Under the pieces are notes generated by a model. It saw only the letters and a program-made list of their open reading frames with translations, ran no database searches and was not told the DNA's origin. This document shows, piece after piece, positions 50,921-64,000 of a stretch of DNA of 64,000 nt. A program made the translations under genes and the position numbers. The stretch's first letter is position 1, and every line of letters starts with the position of its first letter. Source of the stretch: Kudoa neothunni (lineage: Eukaryota > Animalia > Cnidaria); assembly GCA_964304625.1 (NCBI GenBank), contig OZ199840.1:4492458-4556457 (forward strand), read 5' to 3'.

Positions 50921-53222
50921 CATACAACTTAGACTTAGTTTTTTGTTTTGTACGACATAAATATTTTATTTTTATGCATGCTTTATCATCCTATATAAAA
51001 TACTCATTTAATAAATTTTGTTTGTATTTTTATTGGAATATTTACTTTAGAAGCGAAATAAAAAATGGCATAATAACATGTTCTTCGTTATCTTAGTGCT
51101 TTTTAGAATAATTTTAATGCTCGTCATTTAATCTATTCAATAATTAGTTGTTTTAAAATTAAATACTGGCATTAGTTTATAAAAAATATTGTAAGACTAT
51201 ATAACTTGGAAGTTTTCTCGGGGCAAACCAACTATATTTTTCTTTACATGTGAAGGATTAATTTGTGGCATCGTAGCTACTTTTTTATGAGATATTCAAA
51301 TCAACACCATGAAATTTACATCGAATCTACCACAACTCAATGTAGTTAACGAATCAAAGTTTTTATCTTAAACATAGTAATTTTTAATTCTTTAAGGGTG
51401 AGGCTAATTATAAAAATGAAAATTAACATAAAAATTATCAATATTACAAGATTAACTCTTCTTATAATAAAAAAACTCCAAGGTATATGCAGAAAATTTT
51501 TTTAAATATATTTTAGTAGAAAAAGTTTTCTTACTTCCTCAAATTTAATGAATATTTTGCAATGAGAAACCAAACGAAGTTATTAAAAAATATATTAATG
51601 CATTCGATTAACCATAAAAGGAACGAAACTGAAATCATTTGAAAATACAATAATCTTAAAAATTATAATTAAGGTCACTTCAAGGAGATGCTGAAATTGC
51701 ATAAATTGCGTAACTAGATGAAAACTCACGACAATTAATTTTGATTGCTAAGATTAATATGCCTTCCTTTGATATAAACTATAATATACTCTTAACTAAA
51801 AACAGATGTGAAGCCAATTAATATCTAACTAAATAACATAAATAATTAGATGAAGTGAAATTATATCAATGCTGAATTTTATTGATCAATGTCCTATCTA
51901 AGGGGTGGCTTCAAAGAAACCCAAACACACAGTTTTAGTATTATAAAGCATTATCTAATTCTAGCGTTATTTAAACACAAGTGGAACTTTATGTTACAAT
52001 TAATAATACTACAAAAATGAATTTATCAAGTCAAATATATCAACAAGTCTCCATATAACATATAACTGTGTATTTGTACCACATTTTATTATTTTATTGA
52101 TATTAAAAATAAACGTAAATTATTAAATTAACATTTAATTTTGGCATATAAGGGGGATGCTAATTTTAATTCGCTCACTGAAAATAAGATGAATTTTAAC
52201 CCTGTTTTTGAGATTGTATAATCCGCTCAACAAGTTTAAAAATCTATAAAATCACCATTTTTAAATGCTTCTAGAACTTTTTATAATTATCAACATAATT
52301 ATAAGAATTACTTGAAATATTTTCAATTATCTAAAGTTTAGTAAATTTGTCTAAAATATAGTTAGTTTTATTTTGCGCATGCGCACCAACCACATGAATA
52401 TTCGTTTTTCGTATTTATAATAGATCCTCAATATTTTATCCATAAATAATTTTCAAATACAACAATTAAGTGATTATAAATTGTACTTTATTTAAATTAC
52501 CAAAATTTAAGAAGTGTTTATTGCAAATGGGATTTTCGATCTTATGTATAAGTACATAATAAATGTAAATTTAATCCTTCTTAATTAAAAAGAATTCCGA
52601 ATAATTTCATCACGCAGCATTATTTTAAGGCATTTTTTACTTTTCATGTTATTTATCTTAATTTCACAACGAGGGTGTTGTCTCATTGATAATCTAAAAT
52701 GGCACCCTATTAGCCATTACAAAAATACAAGTTCTAAAAATACTGTTTTCAAGGTATAGCTTTAATTTCGATATACATTGTTCTATTTTATTTATTTATT
52801 TCAAATTTTAATATCTGTCTTTTAAAAATTTAAAACTTTTCAATGAATGTATAACAGATTTTATAACGAATTTTAAGGAATAATTTAAAACCCCTGTGAA
52901 ATAATATGGTCGTATTTTGATAGATTTTAAGTTCCAATTCGATTGCAATAACTTTGCTAATTCTTTCAATCTTTAATTTATAAAAAAGCATATATAGAAA
53001 TATTTAGGGTGAATTATTTGTTATTATTATTTTAAATTAAGAGCAAAGAGCTTAAATTATTCTCTGGGGATAAATTTAAGTTCGTTACTTTAGCGAAATA
53101 TTAAATTAAAAAAAAATTAATGGAACATTTAATAAAATATACCTCATAACCAAATGGACTATATTCCACGTGTTACGCTGAATTTGAACTTAATGGTTGT
53201 TTCGTGTTGTTGCGCAGATTTA

Positions 53223-56200
53223 ATGGTGACTAGCCGGAGAATCATCAGCCGCATCTTCAACCCTTTTAGTTGGAACAAATTTTTCAAAAATTTAGCTTAT
53301 GGCGCAACAACTATTGGAGTTGGAACCTTGGTCTACAATGTGAATGTTTTAATTATTAAACTGGCTAACAGCATGTGTAGTCGCTTAAGTACAACAACAA
53401 CAACAACAATTCAATCTCCAGCCTAGCGGATATAAATGTAGCACTCAACCTGTTTATATAATTTGAACTCCTATAGAATATATCTTTGGCTGAAGTGGAT
53501 GAGCCTGTTGGAAAGAGTGAATATTTGTATGACCAACGTGTGCCATATTTGGTTGTTGGTGGGGGACCGTCTGGATACACGGCTGCCATTAATATTGTGA
53601 ATAATGATCCTAATTCGAGAGTGAGAATTTTGTTGGACCATAGTTCTTTAGAAAAGCTCTATTACTATAGGTTCTTGTTATTTCCGCTGAAAACTATCTT
53701 CCCTACATGAGACCTATTCTCACCAAAGATATTTGGTTCAATGAGACTATTGATTATGCGACTATAGCAAACACTTCAGATCCATTGTAAGTTAACCCTC
53801 TTGTTTCCGCTATTATTTTCATTTTCATTATGTGGCTGGACTGCCTGTTAATCAAAATACTCTCAGAATATTTGATTTTGTTATTATAGGATCTTTGTAA
53901 ATGACCAAGCAATTGTTCCTGTGGAGAAGCTTTTTGATCCAAATATTGATTTTGCTCCCATGGCATTTTTATTGAATTCAAAGGTTGCTTTTATTATTAC
54001 ATTAACCCCAACCAAGTTTTTAGTTTTAATTTGCTCATGTTTTATGAATGGAATTTCAACTATAATTATAGGAATATTATATGTTTATTTTTCGTAATCT
54101 GATTCGACTTTGTAAGAAATATTTTGTATAAAGTAGCCATTGGCCAAAGTCATTTTGTCATAATTGATAGCTCTTGTATAAACCGGTGATAGTTATAGAT
54201 TGTTTATCTTGAAGTAATGAATTCAATTTCTAACTTTCAAAATAATATTGAAAATTTTTTTTTAATATATCGTTAATAAGGTGGCCAAAGTTTGGTTTTA
54301 AATTTTCTTTTGTATTTTTCAAAATTAAATGCGAATGTTACGCCGATATTAGACTTCAAATATCATCACTATGTTTATTTATTATTTTTCCGGATGCAGA
54401 TCGGATTAAATAATGAATAGATTTCAAAGTCAGTATCTATGGATTCATAATATCTATCTGGTTTCGACATTATTAATTTGGATGGTATTTAAATGAAAAT
54501 AATGAATCTTTGAGGTAAAGCAACTCACAAAATTGGCGGGAAATTTCGAGAATATTATAATTACGTGGTTATTCCCTACCAAGTTTTTTTTACGCATAAT
54601 TTTATTTAGTTATTAAATTAATTTAAATTTTGAATGAAATATAAATATTTTCTTCCATAGATTTTCTCAAAAATAGTTTTTATTTAATAGCTAAATATTA
54701 TATTTCAAAAATATCGATTAATTGAAATAAATCTAATGTTTAGTGAAGTAACTTTTGTTATATTGTCAAATAAAAATATTTGTGGATTAATAAAAGTTGG
54801 GGTTGAGAACACTCCATTTTTCGTTAAGCAAAATATTGATCATATTCCTATCCATATATATATATGTAGGCTACTTATCTTAATACCAACACCAGAGAGG
54901 TCACTCTTATCGACGGAAGAAAAGTGAAATTCAACAAAATTGTTATTGCTACAGGTTTTTTTTAATTTCCACGTGGCTGACGATAATCAATTGATTATTA
55001 AGGTTCTGAGCCAGTGTATCATGAGATATTTCAACCTCTTCTAAACAATAAAGACAACCATCAATTACTAATAAACTATACTACAGTATTATCAAATTAA
55101 ATAAGATCAACAAAATTTCAAACAGATATGTTCATGTAGATAGACGATTTTGTTAAACTCCATAAGGTGGTAGTAGGTGGTAACAAGACTGTTGTAGTTT
55201 TGGATGGAGGAGTTTGTGGGGCTGAATTATGCTCTGCTTTGGCCAGTTCAAATTGTATGAATTCCTTTTAGGAATGGAAATTTTGATATATTATGTGTAT
55301 TTGATTAGATAAAAAATATAATAACGACATAAAAATGGTATTTCCTGAACAAAACGTTCTGTCAAGTATTTTACCGGAATATTTGGCTGAGAATACAACT
55401 GAAAAATTCATAAAAAGTTTCTAAATTGATTTATTTCTCCTCTTGAATCAAGGATTGTTAGATGGAGTTGATGTTGTGCCTGGCTGTGGTATTAATTCAG
55501 TGGAAATAAAAGCTGGTAAAGTTTTGCTCCATTTAACCAATGGCCAACAAGTTCGTTACTCAATATTTGAAACAATACTAATAGATTTATGATGTGAGTT
55601 AGATTGAAGCAGATATTGTGGTTGATTGCGCTCATCACAATACACCTCTCTATTTCGCAGAAGGAAACAACTGCACTGGAGCAGCTTGTCCCAAAATTAG
55701 ATATGACCCTAACGGAGTGCCCAGCGGTTACAGAGTGAATGCTATGCTTCAATCTGGCGGCAAGGATATATATGTTTGTGGAACAGCTGCTTCTGTTTTC
55801 AATCCCACTCACGACTGCACTTACAACCAAATTCCATATTTCGTTCATGCTGTTGATTCGGCTGAGGCGGTTGCAAGAAATATCACTCTAAACAAGCCTG
55901 TTGCCTACAATGGGTTCCCCATTCATTGGTTGGAACTGATTGATGACGATAAATTGGATGTGGTTGGTTTGGTAGATTCTTCGCTGCCCACTTGTAGTGT
56001 TTGGCGCGAAAAATCCCCTCCGAATCTCTCCCTCAACCCAACACCCCTCCAAATGAGCTCAACCTCTCACAATGTGTTATTTTCTATTTCAAAAACGATA
56101 TTGTTGTTGGCATTGTTACGTTGAACCTAAATCATCCCATTGGACTCGCAGATAAGGTTGATTTATTTTATAAATATTTCTATTATAACGCGATGTTTTT

Positions 56201-56268
56201 ATTAGATTATTCGAGGGCAGATGAAAGGTGAAGATCCTAAAGAGTTAGCTAAATACTTTTTTCAATGA
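53223..56268 (+). CDS. AIFM1: Apoptosis-inducing factor 1-like mitochondrial flavoprotein (divergent)
   Basis: VPYLVVGGG, LPYMRPILTKDIWF, KIVIATG, GLVDSSLPT, VIFYFKNDIVVGIV, ELAKYF, and a basic N-terminal presequence plus TM segment. A possible extra first exon starts at 53154. One apparent indel near 56010. Confidence 0.88.
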
Positions 56269-58371
56269 ATAAATTTCAACTAAAAAATTGGTTTTCATTG
56301 CAATATGTTGATGGATTTTGATGGTTTTATTGTTTTATCAGCTTTTTAAATTGAAATAATTAATTTATAGATAATTTAAGATTTAAATTTCGCAAGTTTT
56401 TTTGGTGCTTTTTAATCCATTGTAGTTTCGCTGAGTATATACGAGCGCGCGTCTTTCATCTTCATTTTATGGTCGTCGTATCATTTACGCATGCCGAAAT
56501 ATTGTATCTTATATATAAAATCGTTAAAATTAAACCCAATATAAATATTTTAATAAGTCAGATGTGGGGTTTACTTTCAATGTTGTCTAAAAAAAGTACG
56601 ATATTTGGAAAATGCGCACTAAATGTTAGATGGCAAACTCTCCTCGGAAATAGCCACGAGGACGTTAATATACAAATGATAGAAGATAAATTAGTTTAGT
56701 TGAGCATATGATGATGATGAATATTATGATTAAAGGTAAAAGTAGTTTGTTAATGAAAAGGTATGTAGCAACCGAAAACACCACCATTCCATCCATGTTT
56801 TTATCATTCTTTGCTATAGTTTAACTAATAAAAATAATATTGAACGATATAAATTTATAATAAAAAATAATTGTTCAATTAATAAATTTTACTATTTAGA
56901 AAAATAAATTAAAAAGATAAATTCATTGGTAGATACAATTAAATTTATAATATTTTAATTAAGAATTTAATTTGTTGTTAATAAATTTGATGTTTTTTGT
57001 ATCATTATATAATTACAAAAAATGGTTTACTTAATTTTTTAAAAGTATTTTCTATTTGGAAAAGAGAGAACAATATAAATAGAATAATTCCACACAAGAA
57101 ACCTAATGTTCGGAAAAGCAGTAAAAATAACTAGTTTACATAGTATTAAAATATATAAAACTAAAAAATATTATTCCAATAAGATAATTGTTTGTAATAA
57201 TCTTGCAATCTTCTTAATACGAATCAATTTTAATATTCGTTTTATAGATCATTATTATTATTTACACACATTACTCCTACATAGCAAGTTAACCTAATTA
57301 TATATTTTGTTGTATTTGATTAGTATATAAAGTCATAATATATTATGACTTCAACCTGCCTCTTAATTAGTTGATTTTTACGAAAGAAATTAGTCTATTT
57401 AATTAATTAAAAGCATGATTATAATATGACAGCAATGGAATTTTAAACCTATATATTTTTCATTTTATTTCTAATCCTTTCATTTTCTTTTTATTAAAAA
57501 AGTGATTAAAGCGGTAAACAAACATGATCACGATGAATTTTTGAGACCACGGGGTATACCATTACCATTTTTATCACATCCTTTGAATGATAAAGTCTGT
57601 TTAATAATACTATAATAATAATAATAATAACAATTTAACTTTAATTTTTCCTTATTTATTAGATGTTATTTTAATTTTTACTCTCTACATAAATTGTATA
57701 AAGCTAACTTTTAGGTTTAAGTTGCTGACTGATTCAACCTAAAATAAATCTTCAGATTTATTTGTTAATTTTTTCAATTAAATAGTAAATCCTAATATAT
57801 CTTGAATATAATCTGTTAATAATTACGATAGTTGATCGACGAAATTAAATCGAGAAAAATCCTAATTTTTCATACATAATTTTGTAAAATATTAATTATG
57901 TAATATAATCCAAACTTTTTTAATTTATATTTCATTCGACTATTTGTTGTTTAATTGAATTATTATTTGTGCATTAATTTCGGCCGGATTTTAGATTTTA
58001 AACAAATAAATGACCTACAATGATTTTTAATAAACAAACTTTTACATTTTATATTTTTAAAAATTGGTTGAGTTCGCCTTTATAAGATGTCAATTCGATC
58101 CTAAATCCAAGATTTTATGACATGAACGCATTTGATATAAAGGTCGTATTGAGTCGTCAATAATCGGCAAAATAAAAGTCATGTTACGACTTTTTATATT
58201 GGATATAAAATGCCTCATCGTCCTAGAACAACTATTATTGCAAAGAAAAAAAATTCAGAGCCTATAAAAAGACAAAGGAGCAATTTAATGAGGTTAAATT
58301 TTTCAGTTGAATCGGTGTGTTCGATGCGTGCGGTAGCGTGGGTCGTGCTTGCGCAGGAACGTCTCAATACA

Positions 58372-59043
58372 ATGGGTGCTTACAAGTACATCGAAGAACT
58401 ATACAAAAAGAAACAGAGCGATGTGATGAGTTTCCTTCAACGCATGCGATGCTGGAAATTGAGACAATTGCCCACCATCCCATCGTGCTACTACCCCCGG
58501 CAGAGTTGACCGTGCCAGGCGTCTAGGTTACCGTCACAAACAAGGTTTCTGCATCTATCGGGTTAGAGTTAGACGTGGTGGTAGAAAGAGACCAGTACCC
58601 AAAGGTATCACCTACGGAAAACCTATCACCCATGGTGTAAATCAACTCAAAAACACCCAGAAGTCTTCAAGCTATTGCTAGAGGTATGTGCTGAAGCATA
58701 GAGAGTTACTGATTGTGATTTTAATATTTTTTAGGACCCGTGTTGGAAGGGCTCTCGGTGGACTCCGTGTTTTCAACAGCTACTGGGTTGGTCAGGATTC
58801 GTGCTACAAATACTTTGAGGTGATAATGGTCGACCCTGCACACCAAAGCCATCCGAAATGATCCACACAACAACTGGATCTGCAATCCCGTTCACAAACA
58901 CCGTGAAATGAGAGGTCTCACCAGTGCCACTAAACGATCACGTGGAATCGGAAAGGGCCATCGTTTTCAATCAAACAATTGGTGGAAGTCGCAACCATTG
59001 CTGGAAACGCAATAATACTGTGGTGTTGAGACGTTTTAGATAA
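58372..59043 (+). CDS. RPL15: 60S ribosomal protein L15 (eL15)
   Basis: [55 protein letters not shown]. One coding intron at ~58684-58734. Several +1 insertions, probably sequencing errors. Confidence 0.95.
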
Positions 59044-60510
59044 CCGACTGTTTCACATATAAAATAGAAAATTATGATGTGGTTAGACAAATGTTTCGTT
59101 TGCGTGCTCTTTTCCTATTATTAAAATTATAAAGTTTAAATCATATAAATATATGTGTTGTCAAGTTTCCATTGCGACTTATTCTAATAAACTTTACGGT
59201 CAGCGCTCATATTTATCTATGATATGAAATAAGTTGGCGATAGTGGGTCGGGATCGGTTGACATAATCTTTTTTTAATTATCTCTTAATGGTGATGTTAT
59301 TTTTTTATTTATGCATCCAATTATTTCTCGATTGTCTTACTCTCTAATGATATTCCAACAACGATTAATATGTAATGTGTAGTGGACTTGGGGGTAAATT
59401 TTACCCCATATTTTTTTTGAATTTTAATACTTTAAAAAATCTAATAGTCAATATTGTTGAATAATTTTTAATTCCTATGGATAAAACATTGGCAAATGCA
59501 CATTAAATTTTGACGCAATCCACGCGATAATTGGCTTCGTTTACGTTCTGTCTTATGTCGGTACACATCGATGTTTCATTAAAAAAGTAATTGCGTTAAT
59601 GCGGAAGAATTAAACGTGTTGCACCAGTTGAAATATTAAAACAAAACACAGGAAGAATTCTTGAATGTTATGAGGAGTTAAAATAATTTTTAAATGCGTG
59701 AAATGGACAATAAAATTTATAACAATATTCGCTCCATTTAGGAGATTTTTTATAATTTTTCCTCTCGCGGTTTTCACATTTTGCTCATTTTGCATTAAGA
59801 TGTTTTCAGTTGGGAAGCATAAACAGTGATTAAACCTGCTTTTATTGTTTTGTTTGTGGAATTGTTCAACGATTTCTTCAAGAAAATCACGCGTTTTAAT
59901 TTATTACGAACATAAAAATTCAACATATTCTTTTCTCGGAAAATAAAAATGCTGCCATAGGGGGCTCTATTTTGTGATGATAGTATCTCTTTAGTTTTTA
60001 ATGTAATGTCTATATAGCCAATTTTTTCCAACAATTTTTCAGCAGAAACATCGATAAGAAGACATTTTCGTGAATAATATGATGTTCATTCTTTGATAAA
60101 CAAAATTCATCAATGAAATTATTAGAATCACACATCCTCATCAGGACTGCCAGCAGAGCTATAAAAAAACCCAAGGTCGAGAAAAACACTACTTTAAAGT
60201 ACATCAAAAAATAGAATCGTATCTATGAAAGTTTAAACTTTCGATTCAATAATTACGCCTTCGGACTTCAAATTTAAATTTATCGTCGTACGATCGCGAT
60301 GTTTTGACATCAACACTCACTCATACTTAATGTCTCGTGTAGATCAATACAATCACAATTAATTATTAGATAAGTCAAAATATATTTTGAAATAACGCTT
60401 AAACTTTATAATATGTGCGACAATGTTTACTGAGTAATTATGTAATCATGCCATGTTAAACAATCTAATGTGTTGTTGTTCAATATCGCAAATGTTTAAA
60501 CCCTACATGA

Positions 60511-60668
60511 CAGTGCTTCCCGCACCCCTAAGGATGTGAATTGTGGACTTTGGAGTAAGAGATTCGATCATAATAGAAAATAATTTTTGAGCAATTTTGA
60601 GTCGGCTATACCCTATCGTATTATCGTATGCATGTGGGTACGAGTCCTATTTTAGTTGGGAAGCGCTT
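60511..60668. mobile_element. hAT-type MITE (same family as 11231-11385)
   Basis: CAGTGCTTCCC / GGGAAGCGCTT ends. TSD CTACATGA / CTGCATGA. The internal sequence aligns with the copy at 11231. Confidence 0.75.
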
Positions 60669-60760
60669 CTGCATGATATAACCTGAATACGATATGTCAT
60701 TAAAAATATAAATATTAATGCCTTGCATACAAAAATTGTGTTATTCTTTAATGTTTACAA

Positions 60761-61046
60761 CAGTATTTCCCAATCTTTGTTGTATCGCGCCCCACTTTTC
60801 CCAGAAAAATAGTTCGTGCCCCATCATTCTCAAAGTTGGTTGTGATCTTAATCGTCATTTAAAAATTAGCGAAATCACAAATCGCGATATTGATTTCAAA
60901 GTATGTCATACGGACAAATTATCTCATCATTATCCGTGTCGCACCGATACTCAGGATTTTCCACATCCCAACAGAGCGATTCATTAAACGTTTAAAAATT
61001 TCCATGACCATCAAAATTTTTTTACGCCCCACGATGGGAAACACTG
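60761..61046. mobile_element. hAT-type MITE
   Basis: TIRs CAGTATTTCCCA / TGGGAAACACTG. TSD GTTTACAA / GTTTACAG. Confidence 0.8.
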
Positions 61047-61154
61047 GTTTACAGGTTTTCTATAAAAACCCAAGATTTTGTATTAAATGGAAAAAACCCA
61101 AGCCATAACCCCCATATAATTAGCGCATGCGCTCCACTTAATTTATTAATCTAA

Positions 61155-64000
61155 CAGTGATTCCCAACCAGGGTTCGGTGAGATAGTGCCGAGGGTTCGA
61201 CGGACGAGGAAAATTAGATTTTCCGCTCTGCGCACCCTATGGGCGCAATTTAAGTAGCATCGTGTTTCCTCGAAAAAAAAGACCCGGGTCTTATATTAAT
61301 TCCATGTTAGAAATTGCTATTAGGTCTTATATTTAATACATCATGAAAATTAGCACTAGGTCTTAATTTTTGAGTAAACACGATACCGCGGGAAACTACC
61401 TATTTCGGTTAGATACAAAGATTTCCCTTAAAATAAAAATGTATTTAGATAAATACACCTTTTTCACTATATTTCATAATATCCTTAATCAAAGTGACCG
61501 TATATGATTATTTATCGCCCCTCCTCTATAAAGAATATACTATGTGCACTAAGTTTGCTGCGGTGTCATCTTTAAGTCCAATCAGATCGATCAGCTGCGA
61601 CTTGTTGTCTTTGAGTTATATTGTTAATTATTATAAAATACGTGAAGTAGACGAGAAAGTAGTCAGACACTATGTTGAATATGGTTTCACCTTAATAACT
61701 CTTGCCGATGGAAGTCAGCGTCCCCAGTGTATGATCTGTAATGCTGTGCTAAATAATTCTAGCCTCGCTCCTGCAAAACTGCGTGAACGTTTTATGAAGC
61801 TTCATGTAAATGGCCAATATAAGAATGCAACAATTTTAGATTTTAGAGCTAAAAGGACCAAATTCGATCAACAGAAATCATTGTCTGATCTGAGCTTTGT
61901 GTCAACTGATAAACCAATTTTTCAACCATCCTACGAAATATCATATTTGCTTGGAAAACTAAAAAACACTCGTAGGATGGGCGAATCATTAGTTAGGCCA
62001 GCTGCGATGAAAATGGCAAATATCTTTATGGGTAAATAGGTAAGGCTGCCGAAACTAAATTTCCCCCAAGTTTCTCTCTCCAATAATACTGTGCGATGCA
62101 GAGTTATAGATATGAGAAATGATATACTGTCGCAAATACTGGAACATCTGATTTCGAGCCCACTAAAATTTAGCCTCCAACTTGACGAAACTACGGATAT
62201 TGTTGATATATGCCAACTTTCTGTATTTGTGAATTATTTCTACCAAAATTCCATGAAAGAAGAAATCTTATTCTGTAAACTACTCAAGAAGACGAGAAGA
62301 GCATCTGATATAAAAAAATGATGAATAACTTCTTTCCAAGAACATCAACTTACATGGGATATGGTGTTTGCTATTTGTACTGATTGTATCTCTGCCATGC
62401 TTGGAAAAAACTCTAGTTTTGGATCTTTAATGAAAGCTGATGCTCCGCATATAATTACAACACATTGTATTCTTTATAGATCTGCGTTGACCATGAAAAC
62501 CTTTCATCCGAAACTCAAATTTGTATTGAATATTGTTTTTGAATGTGTGAATTATGTGCGAAAAAGTGCATTAAATCATAGGACTTTTAGGGATTTGTGC
62601 AATGAGTTGGGCTCGGATTTTGAAACGCTTTTATACCATTCGAATGTTCGATGGTTGTCTAAAGGAAAAGTGTTAAATCGCGTTTTGGCGTTACGCAAAG
62701 AACTTGTCATATTTTTAAGGGGACCGGAAGCATCAACATGCCCACCTTTTTTCCGATGCTAAATATGTTATTACATTGGCGTATATGGCTGATATCTTTA
62801 ATACCCTGAACCAACTCAATCTTCAAATGCAAGGAGGCGGAATAAATATAATCGAAGCTGAAGAAGAGATTCTAGGGTTTCTTAAAAAAATTAGTTCTAA
62901 GGATACGTAGGGTACAAAATAGGAACTTTGCTAATTTTCCTTTTCTGGATGATTGCATAAGTAATTTTGAAGATATCGATGGGTTTGCATATGTTTCTTT
63001 ACTCGATAACGTGAAAGACTCAATTGTTTTACATTTGAGTGAGCTAAAAACATCCCTTGAAGGATATTTTCCAAAAGACCATATCCTATCCAACATGGGT
63101 AAGACAACCATTTCTGTTTTCAGTATCATCAGCTGATGTAAATGATATATATTGGATGGATTGATTATTTTAGCAACAAAACAAACTGCAAACAACAATT
63201 ATTCAGTACTTCAACATTATCCAATTTTTGGTGTAATCAAACATCTAATTACCCATTGATTGCAAATACTGCCCTTAACCTAATCATTTCCATTTGTATC
63301 AACATATCTATGTGAACAACCATTCTTGGCTTCATTGGATATTAAAACAAAAAAACTAAACAGACTTGAATGTGGTGATGACATGAGAATAGCGTTAACC
63401 AAAGTTGAACCTAGGATTTCAAAAATAATTAATGAAAAACAGAAGAAAAGTTCACATTAGTTTTATTAAAAAATGGTAAATAATTGTAAGTCTAATAAAA
63501 AAATATAGACATTAATCTTTCTGAACTTTCGTTTAACCAAACTTCGGCAAGAAATTTTTAATACAAAAAATCACGACACTTGGTGGAACGACTTGCAATA
63601 GTATAACATATCTATCTCAATATTGATTCATGAATTAATCTTTGTCATAATTTAAATTTTAGGTATGGACAACAATTCTGTCCATCTGGAATAAAAACTA
63701 CTGTTAAATCAAATTTTTTATTCTGCGATAAATATTTTAAAAACTTCTCATTTTGAATCGGTTCAGAGATTATTTTTTTAAATAAACGTAATTTTGAATT
63801 AATCTTTAATACACGCTTGCTTGTATACATGTAAGAAATTCGTCTCATCACCTATAAACAATACATTTTTGAAACATTAGATAATTATAGCACATAGAAA
63901 TGTATTTATTACTTTTAAATTAGAAGGTCTGATGACTTTATAAGATGGCGGAAAAAACATGCTATCATAACAGGGAGGGGTTCGATGAGGTATTAAAGAT
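61155..64000 (+). mobile_element. hAT Buster/SCAND3-like transposon, decayed transposase; right TIR lies beyond the window
   Basis: Left end CAGTGATTCCCAAC with GGGTTCG subterminal repeats, which recur at ~63978. Transposase at ~61650-63460: YVEYGF, RPQCMIC, FSLQLDETTD, ICTD, THCIL, VRWLSKGKVL, TYLCE, EPRI..SH*. Confidence 0.92.
61260..61383. mobile_element. pogo/Tigger-like MITE nested in the hAT element
   Basis: Inverted ends TCGTGTTTCCTCGAAAAAAAAGACC / GGTCTTAATTTTTGAGTAAACACGA. TA on the right flank. Confidence 0.65.

Noticed and set aside
58470-58980. Programmed frameshifting, RNA editing or pseudogenisation of RPL15
   Set aside because: The scattered +1 insertions come with otherwise conserved codons, an intact intron and no slippery-site pattern, which is typical of sequencing error.
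33523-59043. Non-standard genetic code or non-canonical introns
   Set aside because: Conserved genes end in TAA, TAG or TGA, and every intron I resolved can be modelled as GT-AG.
1-64000. CRISPR arrays, rRNA or intact tRNA genes
   Set aside because: No regularly spaced repeats or rRNA-like sequence were seen. The only tRNA-like sequence is the SINE head.

Overview
This is AT-rich eukaryotic DNA, not prokaryotic. It uses the standard genetic code and has many short GT-AG introns, mostly about 40-55 nt. The proteins are metazoan-type but strongly divergent, which suggests a fast-evolving lineage, possibly a parasite (inference only). The window has two compartments. (1) 1-33 kb holds three copies of an unrecognised ~750-aa type I membrane protein gene: signal peptide, hypervariable acidic/Ser-Thr stalk, six Cys-patterned FN3-like modules bounded largely by phase-1 introns, and a C-terminal TM segment. 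Two copies sit in the ~3.8-kb arms of an inverted repeat whose identity is a patchwork. They are embedded in decayed Helitron, piggyBac, mariner, Merlin, MULE, hAT and SINE elements, including an apparent composite of one MULE and two Merlin transposases inside a single pair of inverted repeats. (2) 33.5-59 kb is a gene block: kanadaptin, a novel small secreted protein, an ABCG half-transporter with a degenerate signature, RPL10A with a probable autoregulatory alternative 5' splice-site hairpin, RMI1, a divergent AIF, and RPL15. A hAT cluster follows it. Single-base indels, mostly in homopolymers, occur even in RPL15, so many frameshifts are probably assembly errors. All gene models were assembled by eye.
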